Shown one piece after another: positions 8,262-16,572 of a DNA stretch of 23,773 bases. The DNA comes from Candidatus Dadabacteria bacterium (GTDB taxonomy: Bacteria; Desulfobacterota_D; UBA1144; Nemesobacterales; CSP1-2), in assembly GCA_040289575.1 (NCBI GenBank), contig PSLL01000019.1, forward strand, positions 17,354 through 41,126, in the 5' to 3' direction. The notes beneath the pieces are model-generated. The model was not told the origin of the DNA. It saw only the letters and a list, made by a program, of their open reading frames with translations, and made no database searches. The position numbers were made by a program, and so were the translations under genes. The first letter of the stretch is position 1. Each line of letters begins with the position of its first letter.

Positions 8262-8624
8262 CTACTTCCTAAATGAGAGCCATTGATAAGGGATATTTCC
8301 TATAACAAGCCTATATCCGTGTTCTATTCTGGGAAGAAATCTCTTGTGATAAAAATGGGCAACGGCATCATCAAGCATATGGAAATCCCAGTTTTTCATC
8401 CCGTAAGATTGCCCATAGCACTTTATCTCAAGGTTTGGCTTAACCACTCCCAATTTATCGTAATTGGAATGAGCGTGGAATCGGTGTCCGCGCTCTGTTT
8501 TTGGATATATCTCTGTCATCTAAACCATGTACCAGCTTCCGTTCGGATGTTCGAAATAGGCATAGTAAGGAGGCTCTCCATGCCTGATCATATATGGTTT
8601 ATTTAGTCGCTCTTTATTTCCCAT
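8262..8624 (-). pseudogene. Hypothetical ~120-codon gene (possibly WGR-like) interrupted by an in-frame TAG at 8520-8522
   Basis: ATG 8624 gives MGNKERLNKPYMIRHGEPPYYAYFEHPNGSWYMV, then TAG, then the in-frame 85-aa ORF 8262-8519. It starts 27 nt after the FAD oxidoreductase stop on the same strand. Confidence 0.6.
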
Positions 8625-8651
8625 AGTCTCAACTGCCCTTCTAGGTTCCCA

Positions 8652-9920
8652 CTATAGATGCAACTCCTCAAACAGTTCCCCCGACGGCCTCTCTCTCGAC
8701 ATGTCCTTTGCATGGCTGAGTTCTTCTCTAAATCTGCCATCCAGGATTAAATCCGAAAGCGCAGCCCCGGCTCCATAAGAAATCATAAGCCCTCTTCCTG
8801 TATGTGCCGCGCACTCATACACATTTTTAAATCCAGGAACCCTTCCCAAGTAACCTGAGCGGTCTGGGGTTTCAGCGTAAAGGCCCGCCCAGCCTCTTAA
8901 AAACCTTACCCTCTCAAACCTGCTAATTCTGTTGTAAAGGGGAAGCCAGATATATCTTACAAAAGGGCTCTCTTCCTTCGTCCCCCCAAAGTCGAACTCA
9001 AAATTGTATCCATAAGGCTCATCCATGTTTGAGTATCCGGCAAGGATATTCTCGGCGTCTTTATGAAAATATACATTCGACGTATCTATAACCATTCCAT
9101 AAGACGAAAGGTCTAATTCAGGGCAGCGTATGACAACCATCTGCCTCCTTCGAGGTTTAATCCGCTCATCATTAAACCCGTAGAGTCTGGAAATTCTAGG
9201 CGCCCACGCCCCGGCTGTGTTTATAAGGATGCCGCATTTAAATGAAATCTCTTCTCCGGGTGATTCAATTTTCCCATTTACGAGAAATGCCTTGACAGCC
9301 TCGGATTTATTCTCGGCGTTCTCACCAGGATTCCCTACCCTATCTGCAATTACCTCAATTGCCCTCCCATTTTCCACAAATATCCCCTTCACACCGCATC
9401 CGTCAAAAAATACGACCCCGTTTTTTCTCGCCTCCCTCCTGTAATACTCCCTAAGCGAATAATGGTCAATTAATCCCGCCCTTCTTGATATGGAAAGCCC
9501 GGCAATACCCTCTAGGTTATCAACAAATGGCAGAAACTGAGGAATAGTCTCTGAAGGGTGAAGCTCAACAGATAATCTATATTCCATATAGAGTGGATAA
9601 TTCCTCCTTATTTCCTCCCACGACTCCTCATCATGCATCCAGAAATAGCCCAATTCTCGAAACTGGATTTCATCTCGAATGGTCTCATAGAAATCAATTG
9701 AATACTTACAGAGTTCTATATTTGCACGGTTTCGCCATGTAGCCCGAACGCCCCCGGCATTTTTGAGCGTGGAGGAGTATTCCCCTTCCAAATCTACATC
9801 AACTACGGCTATCCTTGCGCTTTCCCCACGTTCGGCAAGCCTTTTAGAAATCGCCATCGCCCCAGACGAGCCTAAGATTCCTCCGCCAATAAATAAAAAA
9901 TCAAAATTGTAATCGGGCAT
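8652..9920 (-). CDS. FAD-dependent oxidoreductase, DAO/sarcosine oxidase beta family
   Basis: IGGGILG dinucleotide-binding motif, SSTLKNAGGVR, NTAGAWA, WAGLYAETPD and HTGRGLMIS. SD AGGAG. Confidence 0.92.
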   Translation of the reverse strand: MPDYNFDFLFIGGGILGSSGAMAISKRLAERGESARIAVVDVDLEGEYSSTLKNAGGVRATWRNRANIELCKYSIDFYETIRDEIQFRELGYFWMHDEESWEEIRRNYPLYMEYRLSVELHPSETIPQFLPFVDNLEGIAGLSISRRAGLIDHYSLREYYRREARKNGVVFFDGCGVKGIFVENGRAIEVIADRVGNPGENAENKSEAVKAFLVNGKIESPGEEISFKCGILINTAGAWAPRISRLYGFNDERIKPRRRQMVVIRCPELDLSSYGMVIDTSNVYFHKDAENILAGYSNMDEPYGYNFEFDFGGTKEESPFVRYIWLPLYNRISRFERVRFLRGWAGLYAETPDRSGYLGRVPGFKNVYECAAHTGRGLMISYGAGAALSDLILDGRFREELSHAKDMSRERPSGELFEELHL

Positions 9921-10008
9921 TATTTCTCCTGAATTTTAAATCGGATTTCTTATAAAAATACCCCAGAAATCTACACATAATAATTTTAACACATTAGAGG
10001 GTCTTTTG

Positions 10009-10038
10009 TTGACAGGGATTTATCCTTCGTGAGATAAT
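10009..10038 (+). promoter_or_regulatory. Sigma70-type promoter in an AT-rich intergenic stretch
   Basis: TTGACA (10009-10014), 18-nt spacer, TG-n-GATAAT (10033-10038). Confidence 0.45.
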
Positions 10039-10381
10039 GGCAATATGACACAAATAGTATCAAAATTTCAAACCTCCCTTTGCCTTTTGCTAAACCCGGA
10101 ACTCTTACCTATTTTCCGAAAAGTTATGTAAGATACTATAAATATAGATGTCTAGTATTGTGCCTTGAAGCCTGACTTTGATAGTTATAATTAACAAATT
10201 ATGTCTGATGGTTTTAATCCAACCTATTATAGAGCTACAGCTATGCTTAGCAGAAAGCTGAATTACAATGTGAAGCAAATCGCGTTAATTAGTTAACTGA
10301 TAAGTCTACGCTTGAGGCTTTGGGTGTATTGAAGGATGTCATTTCCACAGAGTTCTCGTATAGAGCTACCCATATTACAGG

Positions 10382-10858
10382 AGAGCCGTCACTGAGTTCA
10401 TACATAACCATCCTGGAATTCAAGCAAAGACCTTATTTGCTACCCACTATCATGAATTGACAGAACTCGCAGACTCCCTTCCGCGCGTGAGGAATTTTCA
10501 TATGACAGTAACTGAAGAACAAGGGAAGATGATATTCTTGCGGAAGTTGATCCCTGACAAGGTGGGGAAAAGTTATGGGGTTCAGGTAGCCAATCTCGCA
10601 GGGCTCCCTCGACCGGTAATACATCGCACTCAGGGGATATTGGCAGAGTACAAGGGAAAGAATTATTCTAAAGCCTTGGGGAGGCCGGAGATGACCTTAG
10701 AGATAAAGGAGAATTCTACTTGTGTATACGAAAGCACACCCCAGTACTCCTTATCGCAAGCAATAATAGATGAATTGTTAAAACTCGACATCAACTCTAT
10801 GACTCCGGTTGAAGCACTTACTAAGCTCTATGAGCTTCAGAAAAAGGCATCACAGTAG
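10382..10858 (+). pseudogene. mutS: C-terminal fragment of DNA mismatch repair protein MutS
   Basis: The frame extends upstream of the ORF-track start as RAVTEFIHNHPGIQAKTLFATHYHELTEL...FLRKL...KSYGVQVANLAGLP...LDINSMTPVEALTKLYELQ. In-frame TAG at 10361; Walker A/B and all N-terminal domains are absent. Confidence 0.9.
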
Positions 10859-10948
10859 CCGCTGCATTTTGTATGGCTTCGCTCTTATATCACTACGTCT
10901 CTATCCTTCATTGCGCTCGGCCCAACGCGCACGGTAGAAATGTTATTC
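10847..10948 (+). other. Degenerate integron attC-like site
   Basis: R''-like GCATCAC, 5-nt spacer, L''-like CCG(C)TGCA with an extra C at position 4; L'-like CGCACGG (10928-10934), 7-nt spacer, R'-like GTTATTC (10942-10948). Length 102 bp. Confidence 0.4.
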
Positions 10949-10956
10949 GCCATCGA

Positions 10957-11451
10957 CTATCTATCCATCCCAAGCCTTCTTATTATCTCTTCGCTCTGCT
11001 CAATCATCTTTCCAACGGGAAAGACGAAGAGGTATTGACCTGTGTCTTTAAGGACATCTAGCGCCTGTGCTGAAACCTTGTCGAAGAACCGGACCGATTC
11101 GCCGTCTGTAATTAAGACCCAGTTCTGAGGATTTCTAATGGCATCGGGCATTTTTCCCTTGAGGAATTCAACTACGCCTCGAAAACGCTGGACGGAAAGC
11201 CCCTGTTTATGAAGTGAGACGAGCCACCTGAGAATTATAAAATCCCCTACAGAGTAGAGTTTTGGAAACCCTCTTCCTTGAGAACTCCTGATACTCGGTA
11301 CTATAAGCCCAGTGTGCTCATAGTAATAGAGATGGCCAAAATTGAGCTTCAAGCCTTCAAGAGCTTCTATGAGCCCCAAAACGTCCCTGCTCTTTAGGCC
11401 ATTTAGAACCTTTGTTTTTTTCACTTTCTTCTTCGTCTCTTCTTTTTTCAT
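10957..11451 (-). CDS. MerR-type HTH transcriptional regulator (Rv1830/McdR-like)
   Basis: YYYEHTGLIVPSIRSSQGRGFPKLYSVGDFIILR winged-HTH pattern, followed by GLSVQRFR, LITDGESV and DVLKDTGQYLF. Confidence 0.8.
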   Translation of the reverse strand: MKKEETKKKVKKTKVLNGLKSRDVLGLIEALEGLKLNFGHLYYYEHTGLIVPSIRSSQGRGFPKLYSVGDFIILRWLVSLHKQGLSVQRFRGVVEFLKGKMPDAIRNPQNWVLITDGESVRFFDKVSAQALDVLKDTGQYLFVFPVGKMIEQSEEIIRRLGMDR

Positions 11452-11617
11452 GGCTCAGGAAGGCTTATACAGAAGCATCATTTCTCACAATCTTCTAAAG
11501 CAATAGCTCTTAAATCTACCGCTACTAATCCCCGCTTCCAAAATATCACAAACACCGAATTGAATCAATCCGCTCTGAAAAAACATCCAATCATGTATAC
11601 TTATTGCGGGTATAAAG

Positions 11618-11857
11618 ATGAGGGTCAAACTGAGGCTTTTTGCGTATCTAAGGGAAAATCTAGGACTTGAAGAGGAAGAAATTGACATTCGAGATGGAGA
11701 GAGGGTCGGCGATCTGTGGAGCAGATTCAAACATAAGATTCCAGGCAATAGAAACTTCCGCGTGCTCTTTGCAGTAAATGGAGAATATGTAGAAGAAGAC
11801 AGGGAATTAAAAGAAGGTGATGAGGTAGTATTTATCCCTCCAGTAAGTGGAGGATAA
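11618..11857 (+). CDS. moaD: Molybdopterin synthase sulfur carrier subunit (MoaD/ThiS)
   Basis: 79 aa; LFAYLRE, FAVNGEY and C-terminal GDEVVFIPPVSGG. Confidence 0.93.
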   Translation: MRVKLRLFAYLRENLGLEEEEIDIRDGERVGDLWSRFKHKIPGNRNFRVLFAVNGEYVEEDRELKEGDEVVFIPPVSGG

Positions 11858-11861
11858 ATAA

Positions 11862-12677
11862 ATGAATATGGCGAAGAAAACGATGGTTATGGTAAGAACC
11901 ATTCTGTGGTTTTTCGTTTTAATTTTCGCTGGATTACTAATTACACTCAGTTCCATATCATCTACTTATGCCCAGAGGGCATCAGATGGAATCACTGTTG
12001 CAGCAGCAATCAGCCTTAAAGATGCCTTCAGTGACATTGGTCGTATTTTTGAATCCCGTACAGGAACAAGAGTAGTTTTTAATTTTGGGGCCTCGGGGAT
12101 CTTGCAAAAACAGATTGAAGGTGGAGCGCCCGTGGATGTTTTTGCCAGTGCAGGAGAAAAACAGATCAATGAACTTGAGTCAAAGGGACTGATCATTCAA
12201 GAGACCCGTCGTGACTTTGCGCGCAACACCCTAGTACTCATTGTCCCGATTGATTCAAAGCTCAATATACACTCTTTTGATGATCTTGTTAATCCAAATT
12301 TAAGGAGGCTCGCCATAGGCAATCCGAAAACCGTCCCCGCAGGTGAGTATTCACGGCAGCTGCTCATCAATATGAAACTTTGGGAAGGGCTCCAATCTAA
12401 GCTCATACTAGCAGAGGATGTGCGCCAGGTACTCATTTACGTGACGCGTGGAGACGTGGATGCAGGTATGGTATACGCTTCCGATGTCTTCATCGCCCAA
12501 GGTAAAGTGGCTATGAGGGCAAGAGCACCCGAAGCGTTGCATGATCCGATTCTATATCCAATTGCAGTAATTAAAGGCAGTAGCAAGGGTCAATTGGCCA
12601 GGGATTTTGTGGATCTTATACTAAGCCCGGATGGACAGAATATATTAAGAAAATATGGATTCTTAAGTATCAAGTAA
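11862..12677 (+). CDS. modA: Molybdate ABC transporter substrate-binding protein
   Basis: Signal peptide; AAAISL, FGASGILQKQIEGGAPVDVFASA, PKTVPAGEY and VYASD. Confidence 0.95.
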   Translation: MNMAKKTMVMVRTILWFFVLIFAGLLITLSSISSTYAQRASDGITVAAAISLKDAFSDIGRIFESRTGTRVVFNFGASGILQKQIEGGAPVDVFASAGEKQINELESKGLIIQETRRDFARNTLVLIVPIDSKLNIHSFDDLVNPNLRRLAIGNPKTVPAGEYSRQLLINMKLWEGLQSKLILAEDVRQVLIYVTRGDVDAGMVYASDVFIAQGKVAMRARAPEALHDPILYPIAVIKGSSKGQLARDFVDLILSPDGQNILRKYGFLSIK

Positions 12678-12680
12678 ACG

Positions 12681-13343
12681 ATGATCTGGCCAGCACTCAA
12701 GCTTTCACTCCTAGTAGCAAGCATAGCGACATTAATCGTTAGCGTCATAGGCATTGCCCTAGGATTCATTCTTGCTAAACGTGATTTTCACACCAAAGAG
12801 TTGATTGATTCCATTTTCACCCTGCCTCTGATTTTGCCGCCTACAGTCACGGGATATTACCTTATTTTGCTCTTAGGCAGGCGCGGTCTTATTGGACAAT
12901 ACATATACGAACTAACGGGCTGGACTGTGACCTTTACATGCCAGGCGGCCGTGATTGCAGCCTCTGTAGTTGCACTACCTTTGATGGTTAAATCCGCTCG
13001 CGCCGCTATTGAGAGCGTAGATCCAAAGTATGAAATCGTCTCCTACACGCTGGGCAAAAGCGAACTCCAGACATTCTTGCGTATAACTCTACCTCTAGCA
13101 AGGCGAGGCATCTTAGCCGGTATCATACTCAGTTTTGCCCGTGCCCTAGGGGAGTTTGGTGCTACACTTGTACTTGCCGGGAATATTCCGGGAAAGACAC
13201 AGACAATGCCTCTAGCAATATATGAGGCGGTGATATCGGGTGAGGATGTGCGGGCGCAAATACTTGCCTTGATTTTAACTGGGGTCTCAGTCGCTGTGAT
13301 TTATATCACAAACAAGTTAAGCCGTCCGAAAATCAATATCTGA
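12681..13343 (+). CDS. modB: Molybdate ABC transporter permease
   Basis: LPLILPPTVTGY and FARALGEFGATLVLAGNIPGKTQTMPLAIY. Confidence 0.96.
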   Translation: MIWPALKLSLLVASIATLIVSVIGIALGFILAKRDFHTKELIDSIFTLPLILPPTVTGYYLILLLGRRGLIGQYIYELTGWTVTFTCQAAVIAASVVALPLMVKSARAAIESVDPKYEIVSYTLGKSELQTFLRITLPLARRGILAGIILSFARALGEFGATLVLAGNIPGKTQTMPLAIYEAVISGEDVRAQILALILTGVSVAVIYITNKLSRPKINI

Positions 13344-13346
13344 GGG

Positions 13347-14432
13347 ATGCTATCTGTAAAGACTAAAAAGGGGATTAAATCTAACGGACGTATTGCCATT
13401 GTCCTTGATATTGAATTTAATGCACACAAGGAGATTACGGTGCTTTTTGGTCCATCCGGATCAGGCAAGACCACAATACTATATATGATAGCTGGTATTG
13501 TAACCCCAGATGAAGGTAAGATCTCTCTAGGAAAACAAATCTATTTCGATTCGACAAACCGCATAAACCTGCCCCTACAGAATCGCAGAGTTGGCTTTGT
13601 ATTCCAGGATTACTCTTTATTTCCACATCTAACTGTGGAACAGAACATCTCCTATGGCGTAAATGTCAACACAGATAGAGCTAAGTGCAGGAAGGCTCGC
13701 GAGATACTTTCTCTCTTTCGAATCGAACACTTGGCTGGACAATATCCACGAGAGCTTTCAGGCGGTGAGCAGCAGAGAGTCGCTTTGGCGCGTGCTCTGG
13801 CATCTGATCCGGCGATCTTGCTTCTCGATGAGCCGCTCTCAGCAGTAGATATTGCGACGCGCTCTTATTTACTCGAGGAAATTATCTCCATTCAAAGAAG
13901 ATCCGGTGTTCCTCTGATTTATGTAACACACAATTCTGCCGAAGCTGTACGAATTGGGGATTATATACTCATATTGAGCAATGGACGAATTGCTCAAGAG
14001 GGAAAACCGCTCGAGGTTTTTAATACACCGCAGAGCCTAGAGGTAGCACGTGTAGTAGGCACCGAGAATATCCTTATGGGGCGTGTCCTAGAACACAGAG
14101 CTAGCGAAGGGATTACAACTATTGACCTCAAAGGGTGTCAACTTATGGTACCCTATAAAGCGCTGCCTCTTGGTACTCAGGTAACAGTTGGTATCAACTC
14201 AGAGGATATAATTGTCTCGCGCGAGCACCTCACTCAGACAAGTGCGAGAAATGTCCTAGAGGGCAGGGTCAAATCTATAATTCGTGATACAGAAAAAACA
14301 GAGCTTGTAGTCGGATGCGGTGTGGATTTCAAGGTGAGCCTAACCGCAGGGGCTATCGAAACCCTAGGTCTTCAGCCGGGGATTCAAGTTTATCTTCTGA
14401 TTAAAGCCCGTGCCTGTTATCTTTTGTCTTAA
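13347..14432 (+). CDS. modC: Molybdate ABC transporter ATP-binding protein with C-terminal TOBE domains
   Basis: GPSGSGKT, LSGGEQQRVALARAL, LLLDEP, YVTH; TSARNVLEG and LIKA of the Mop/TOBE domain. Confidence 0.95.
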   Translation: MLSVKTKKGIKSNGRIAIVLDIEFNAHKEITVLFGPSGSGKTTILYMIAGIVTPDEGKISLGKQIYFDSTNRINLPLQNRRVGFVFQDYSLFPHLTVEQNISYGVNVNTDRAKCRKAREILSLFRIEHLAGQYPRELSGGEQQRVALARALASDPAILLLDEPLSAVDIATRSYLLEEIISIQRRSGVPLIYVTHNSAEAVRIGDYILILSNGRIAQEGKPLEVFNTPQSLEVARVVGTENILMGRVLEHRASEGITTIDLKGCQLMVPYKALPLGTQVTVGINSEDIIVSREHLTQTSARNVLEGRVKSIIRDTEKTELVVGCGVDFKVSLTAGAIETLGLQPGIQVYLLIKARACYLLS

Positions 14433-14508
14433 CCGAGCACTATATTCGCAGTCAAGACTGTTTCTTCTATGGTATAATCTGTGGGAACTAAGAATTGAAC
14501 AGAAGCCC

Positions 14509-15693
14509 ATGATAAAGGCCGGGGTTGGATATTCCGTTAATGAAAACAGTGAAGAGGCAACAAGAGAAGCGGCTTTTCAGGCGATGGAGCACGGAGGTTT
14601 AGAAAAAGCCGATTGGGCTCTTGTTTTCTGCACGTTTCCGCATAGAAGCAGTTATAAGGATATATTAAAATCGGTATGCAAAATAACTCAAACCACAAAT
14701 GTTGTAGGGTGCAGCGCCATCGGAATGCTCACGAATTTTGGAGAGGTAGAAGCGAGTCCGGGTATAGCCGTTCTGGCAGTCTCTTCGGACAGTATGCGCG
14801 CCGACTCTTTTCTCGTTCACTACACGGAAGATGGAGGAATGAAAGCCGGGATTGAGATTGGAGAGCGTATGGGCACAATCAGTAGAGAAGAAAACAGGCT
14901 CCTTACACTCCTTCCCGACCCCTTCTACATCCACCCGGAACTTCTCTCCAGAGGAATCGAATCCAAGCTGGGAAATATACCAATAGTCGGCGCATCAGCT
15001 TCCGAGCACCCGGCAATGAGTGAAACCTATGAATTCTGTGGCGACACAGTTGTAACAAGAGCCGTCTCAGGGCTTATGATTCACGGCTCTTTTACATACA
15101 AGATCGGAATCACACAAGGATGTCAGCCAGTCGGAGTACCGTGCATCATTACAAAAGCCGCGAATAACATAATATTTGAACTCGACGGACAGCCCGCCTT
15201 TGAGGTTTTAAAGAAGCAGGTTCCTTTGAGAATCCTAGAGAGTGGAAGGGAACTGACACGACTTCTATTTATAGGACTCCCACCCGATCCATCGCAGACA
15301 GAGATATCAGACGGCGAGTATCTGGTCAGGAACATTATGGGAATTATCCCCGAAACCGGATTAATATCGGTGGCCGCAAACATAAGGGAAGGACAGATTA
15401 TGACATTTGCCGTGCGCCATCCCATAATGGCACGCGAAGACCTAAAACAGATGGTTGGGCGTTTGGCATCCTCAGGTGAGCCAGAGAGGCCGTTTAAATT
15501 CGGCCTCTACTTTAATTGTTGTGCAAGGGGCTCATCCTTATACGGTTATCAGGGAATTGACACCGCCTATATCAATCACATTCTGGGGGATGTTCCAATT
15601 ATAGGTTTCTTCGGGAACTCAGAGCTTGCCCCACTTAAAGGAACAAACCGTCTCTTCACATATACAGGAGCACTCGCCCTGATTTCAGAATAA
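14509..15693 (+). CDS. FIST N/C domain protein (NosP-like)
   Basis: VVGCSAIG, PIVGASA, ITQGCQPVG, ELDGQPA, LVRNIMG, FNCCARG and IGFFGNSE. Start placed at ATG 14509 (MIKAGVG), downstream of TGGTATAAT at 14470-14478, rather than GTG 14410 inside modC. Confidence 0.88.
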   Translation: MIKAGVGYSVNENSEEATREAAFQAMEHGGLEKADWALVFCTFPHRSSYKDILKSVCKITQTTNVVGCSAIGMLTNFGEVEASPGIAVLAVSSDSMRADSFLVHYTEDGGMKAGIEIGERMGTISREENRLLTLLPDPFYIHPELLSRGIESKLGNIPIVGASASEHPAMSETYEFCGDTVVTRAVSGLMIHGSFTYKIGITQGCQPVGVPCIITKAANNIIFELDGQPAFEVLKKQVPLRILESGRELTRLLFIGLPPDPSQTEISDGEYLVRNIMGIIPETGLISVAANIREGQIMTFAVRHPIMAREDLKQMVGRLASSGEPERPFKFGLYFNCCARGSSLYGYQGIDTAYINHILGDVPIIGFFGNSELAPLKGTNRLFTYTGALALISE

Positions 15694-15790
15694 CGGCTTA
15701 ACTCAAGCTCTCATCCTATAATTTGTTTCATAAAAATCATTGGGTAGATTAATAGCCACGCTTTAAAACCTAAAAATTAAGGAGATACTT

Positions 15791-16570
15791 ATGACATACA
15801 GATTCTTTGAACTCTCTGAGGAGGACTCAGTTGGCATTGTTCGTTTAAACCGCCCCCCGGTCAATGCCTTTAATCTCGATATGGCTAAGGAGTTTGACAC
15901 ACTTTTAGATGAGATTGCAAAAAGAGAGAGTGTGAGAGTCGTAGTTGTTTTAGGAAACAAAAAAATATTCTCCGCCGGTGCCGATATAAGCCTGATCAGC
16001 AGTAGCGAGTGGACATATCTCAGAGAATTGGTCGAAGTGGGACAAAGAGCTTTTCATAAAATGGAAAATATGTCTAAAATAGTGATTGCTGTAATAGAGG
16101 GCCATTGCATGGGAGGAGCAATGGAGTTCGCGCTTGCGTGTGATAGAAGATTTATGGCAATAGGCGATGGGAAGATTGGGCTTCCTGAGGTAAAGCTTGG
16201 GCTCATGCCCGCATGGGAAACGACATACAGGCTTCCGCACCTTATCGGAAAATCTAGGGCCCTGGATTTAATGATCAGAGGAACACTTTTAGATGCCGAA
16301 GAAGCCAAAGCGATTGGGCTGGTTGATGAGATATTTCCTCAAGAAGAGATGGTGACAAAGGCGATGGAATACGCACGCTCTATTGCAAATGGGGCGACAT
16401 TTGCTATGGGAAGGATTAAGAAGTGCATCAACGAAGGCTTTGACTTATCTCTTTTAGAAGCCATGAGGCTTGAGTGCGATTCTCAAGGTGGGGTGTTTGC
16501 AACTCAGGATTGCAAGGAAGGAACACGGGCGTTTCTCGAAAAAAGGAGTCCGAAGTTTGTGGGTAGGTAG
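15791..16570 (+). CDS. Enoyl-CoA hydratase/isomerase (crotonase family)
   Basis: LNRPPVNAF, FSAGADI, GGAMEFALACD, GLPEVKLGLMP and AFLEKRSPKF. SD AAGGAG. Confidence 0.94.
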   Translation: MTYRFFELSEEDSVGIVRLNRPPVNAFNLDMAKEFDTLLDEIAKRESVRVVVVLGNKKIFSAGADISLISSSEWTYLRELVEVGQRAFHKMENMSKIVIAVIEGHCMGGAMEFALACDRRFMAIGDGKIGLPEVKLGLMPAWETTYRLPHLIGKSRALDLMIRGTLLDAEEAKAIGLVDEIFPQEEMVTKAMEYARSIANGATFAMGRIKKCINEGFDLSLLEAMRLECDSQGGVFATQDCKEGTRAFLEKRSPKFVGR

Positions 16571-16572
16571 AA

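Noticed and set aside
8520..8522. Pyrrolysine or genome-wide TAG recoding
   Set aside because: TAG terminates several clear genes in this window and no pyl genes are visible.
8283..8606. 107-aa + strand ORF
   Set aside because: TTG start, no recognisable motif, and antisense to the better-supported interrupted gene at 8262-8624.
10174..10209. Possible dif (XerCD) site near TTATAA...TTATGTCTGAT
   Set aside because: The spacer is 8 rather than 6 bp and the XerD arm deviates from TTATGTTAAAT; expected by chance in AT-rich DNA.
14410..14508. N-terminal extension of the FIST ORF from GTG 14410
   Set aside because: It overlaps modC, contains a promoter-like TGGTATAAT, and FIST similarity begins at MIKAGVG (14509).
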